A DNA stretch of 64,000 bases from Candidatus Latescibacterota bacterium (GTDB taxonomy: Bacteria; Latescibacterota; UBA2968; UBA8231), in NCBI GenBank assembly GCA_965243025.1, contig CBDETY010000003.1, positions 3,392,001 through 3,456,000 of the forward strand, given 5' to 3'. Position numbers and translations under genes: made by a program. Shown piece after piece: positions 61,287 through 64,000 of the stretch. The stretch's first letter is position 1, and every line of letters starts with the position of its first letter. A model generated the notes under the pieces. That model saw nothing but the letters and a program-made list of their open reading frames with translations. It did no database searches and was not told where the DNA came from.

Positions 61287-61610
61287 GTTTGACCTTCGGG
61301 TCTCGGTATCACCTGACGACGGGGCGCTTCGCAGGAACGAACGAGGCCGTGGTTCAAGGCGGCGCCAGCGTCGTTTGCGGTCGCAATGTCCCAAGGGCAG
61401 GAGTCTCACGCAGCGTCTTCGGCGCACTCGTCCCTGCCGCCTAACCGCCAATCGGCTCCCTTACGCCGAACCACGTACGCTGGGGCTGTGTGCCGAAGGT
61501 TATGCGTCCGCTGGTGCACCTGCGTCCGTGCTGCTCATGGGGGCCAGCAGCTCCAGAGAGTTGTCCAGCGGGTCGTTTAGCATACCGTCCAGTCGCCTAG
61601 GCGTAACGAG

Positions 61611-63667
<2,057 letters not shown>

Positions 63668-63759
63668 GGATCGGGGACATCGTGTGGAACGTGTTCAGGA
63701 GCGAGGAGAGGGGGGGCAGCAGTAGACCAAAGTTAAGTTGGGCCGGGGGGGGGGGGGGG

Positions 63760-63788
63760 TTGACAGGGATAGACACTATCTCGATACT
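63760..63788 (+). promoter_or_regulatory. Sigma-70 promoter with GATAG-aca-CTATC palindrome, preceded by G15
   Basis: TTGACA-17-GATACT; G15 run at 63745-63759. Confidence 0.6.
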
Positions 63789-63843
63789 ATCCACACACTG
63801 TCATTCATCACCCATCAGACACTCGAAACAAGGAGATACCTCT

Positions 63844-64000
63844 ATGCAAGTCGCCTTCAGCGAACCCTACAGGGCCGGTGAGAATGGAGAGGAGATTCGT
63901 CTCGGCGTAGCCTCATGGGACGACGGCACCCGGACAGCGATGTCGGTCAAGTTCACTTGGTTCGACAAGAACGGGAGGGCGGCGCGAGGCGGTGAGTTTC
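63844..64000 (+). CDS. Hypothetical protein, partial (runs off window)
   Basis: AAGGAGA RBS; MQVAFSEPYRAGENGEEIRLGVASWDDG...SVKFTWFDKNGR.ARGGE stays open to the window end. Confidence 0.65.
   Translation, partial: MQVAFSEPYRAGENGEEIRLGVASWDDGTRTAMSVKFTWFDKNGRAARGGEF

Noticed and set aside
61264-61610. Possible fourth PIWI-RE gene or guide array upstream of the operon
   Set aside because: ORFs have no protein-like motifs and no repeat-spacer pattern is visible; 53340-53690 downstream is equally uninformative.

Overview
GC-rich bacterial chromosomal segment. The gene mix (several PhyH dioxygenases, ankyrin protein, DUF1080, Asp-box and other glycosidase-like proteins, secreted proteins ending in (T/S)WGRIKA, many toxin-antitoxin modules) resembles Ca. 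Latescibacterota/Poribacteria-like genomes; this taxonomic call is inference only. The left half (1-35.6 kb) is mostly intact metabolic and transport genes: a sigma-54-controlled MacAB-like exporter with its two-component system, an enolase-superfamily/methyltransferase/opine-oxidase-like operon, arsM, a dense TA/defence cluster (19.4-25.1 kb) and an ATRR-like A-T-R reductase. The right half (35.8-62.3 kb) is a ~26.5 kb accessory island bracketed by a direct repeat of an SDR gene and its flank. It holds two identical inverted IS1182/IS5-like elements, IS3, IS481, IS5 and IS91/ISCR remnants, pseudogenes, and an intact three-gene PIWI-RE operon (REase, DinG-like helicase, pPIWI-RE). The REase carries an extra N-terminal HTH, and an inverted repeat overlaps the operon promoter. 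No rRNA, tRNA or CRISPR array was seen. All family assignments come from motif recognition by eye; no database search was run.
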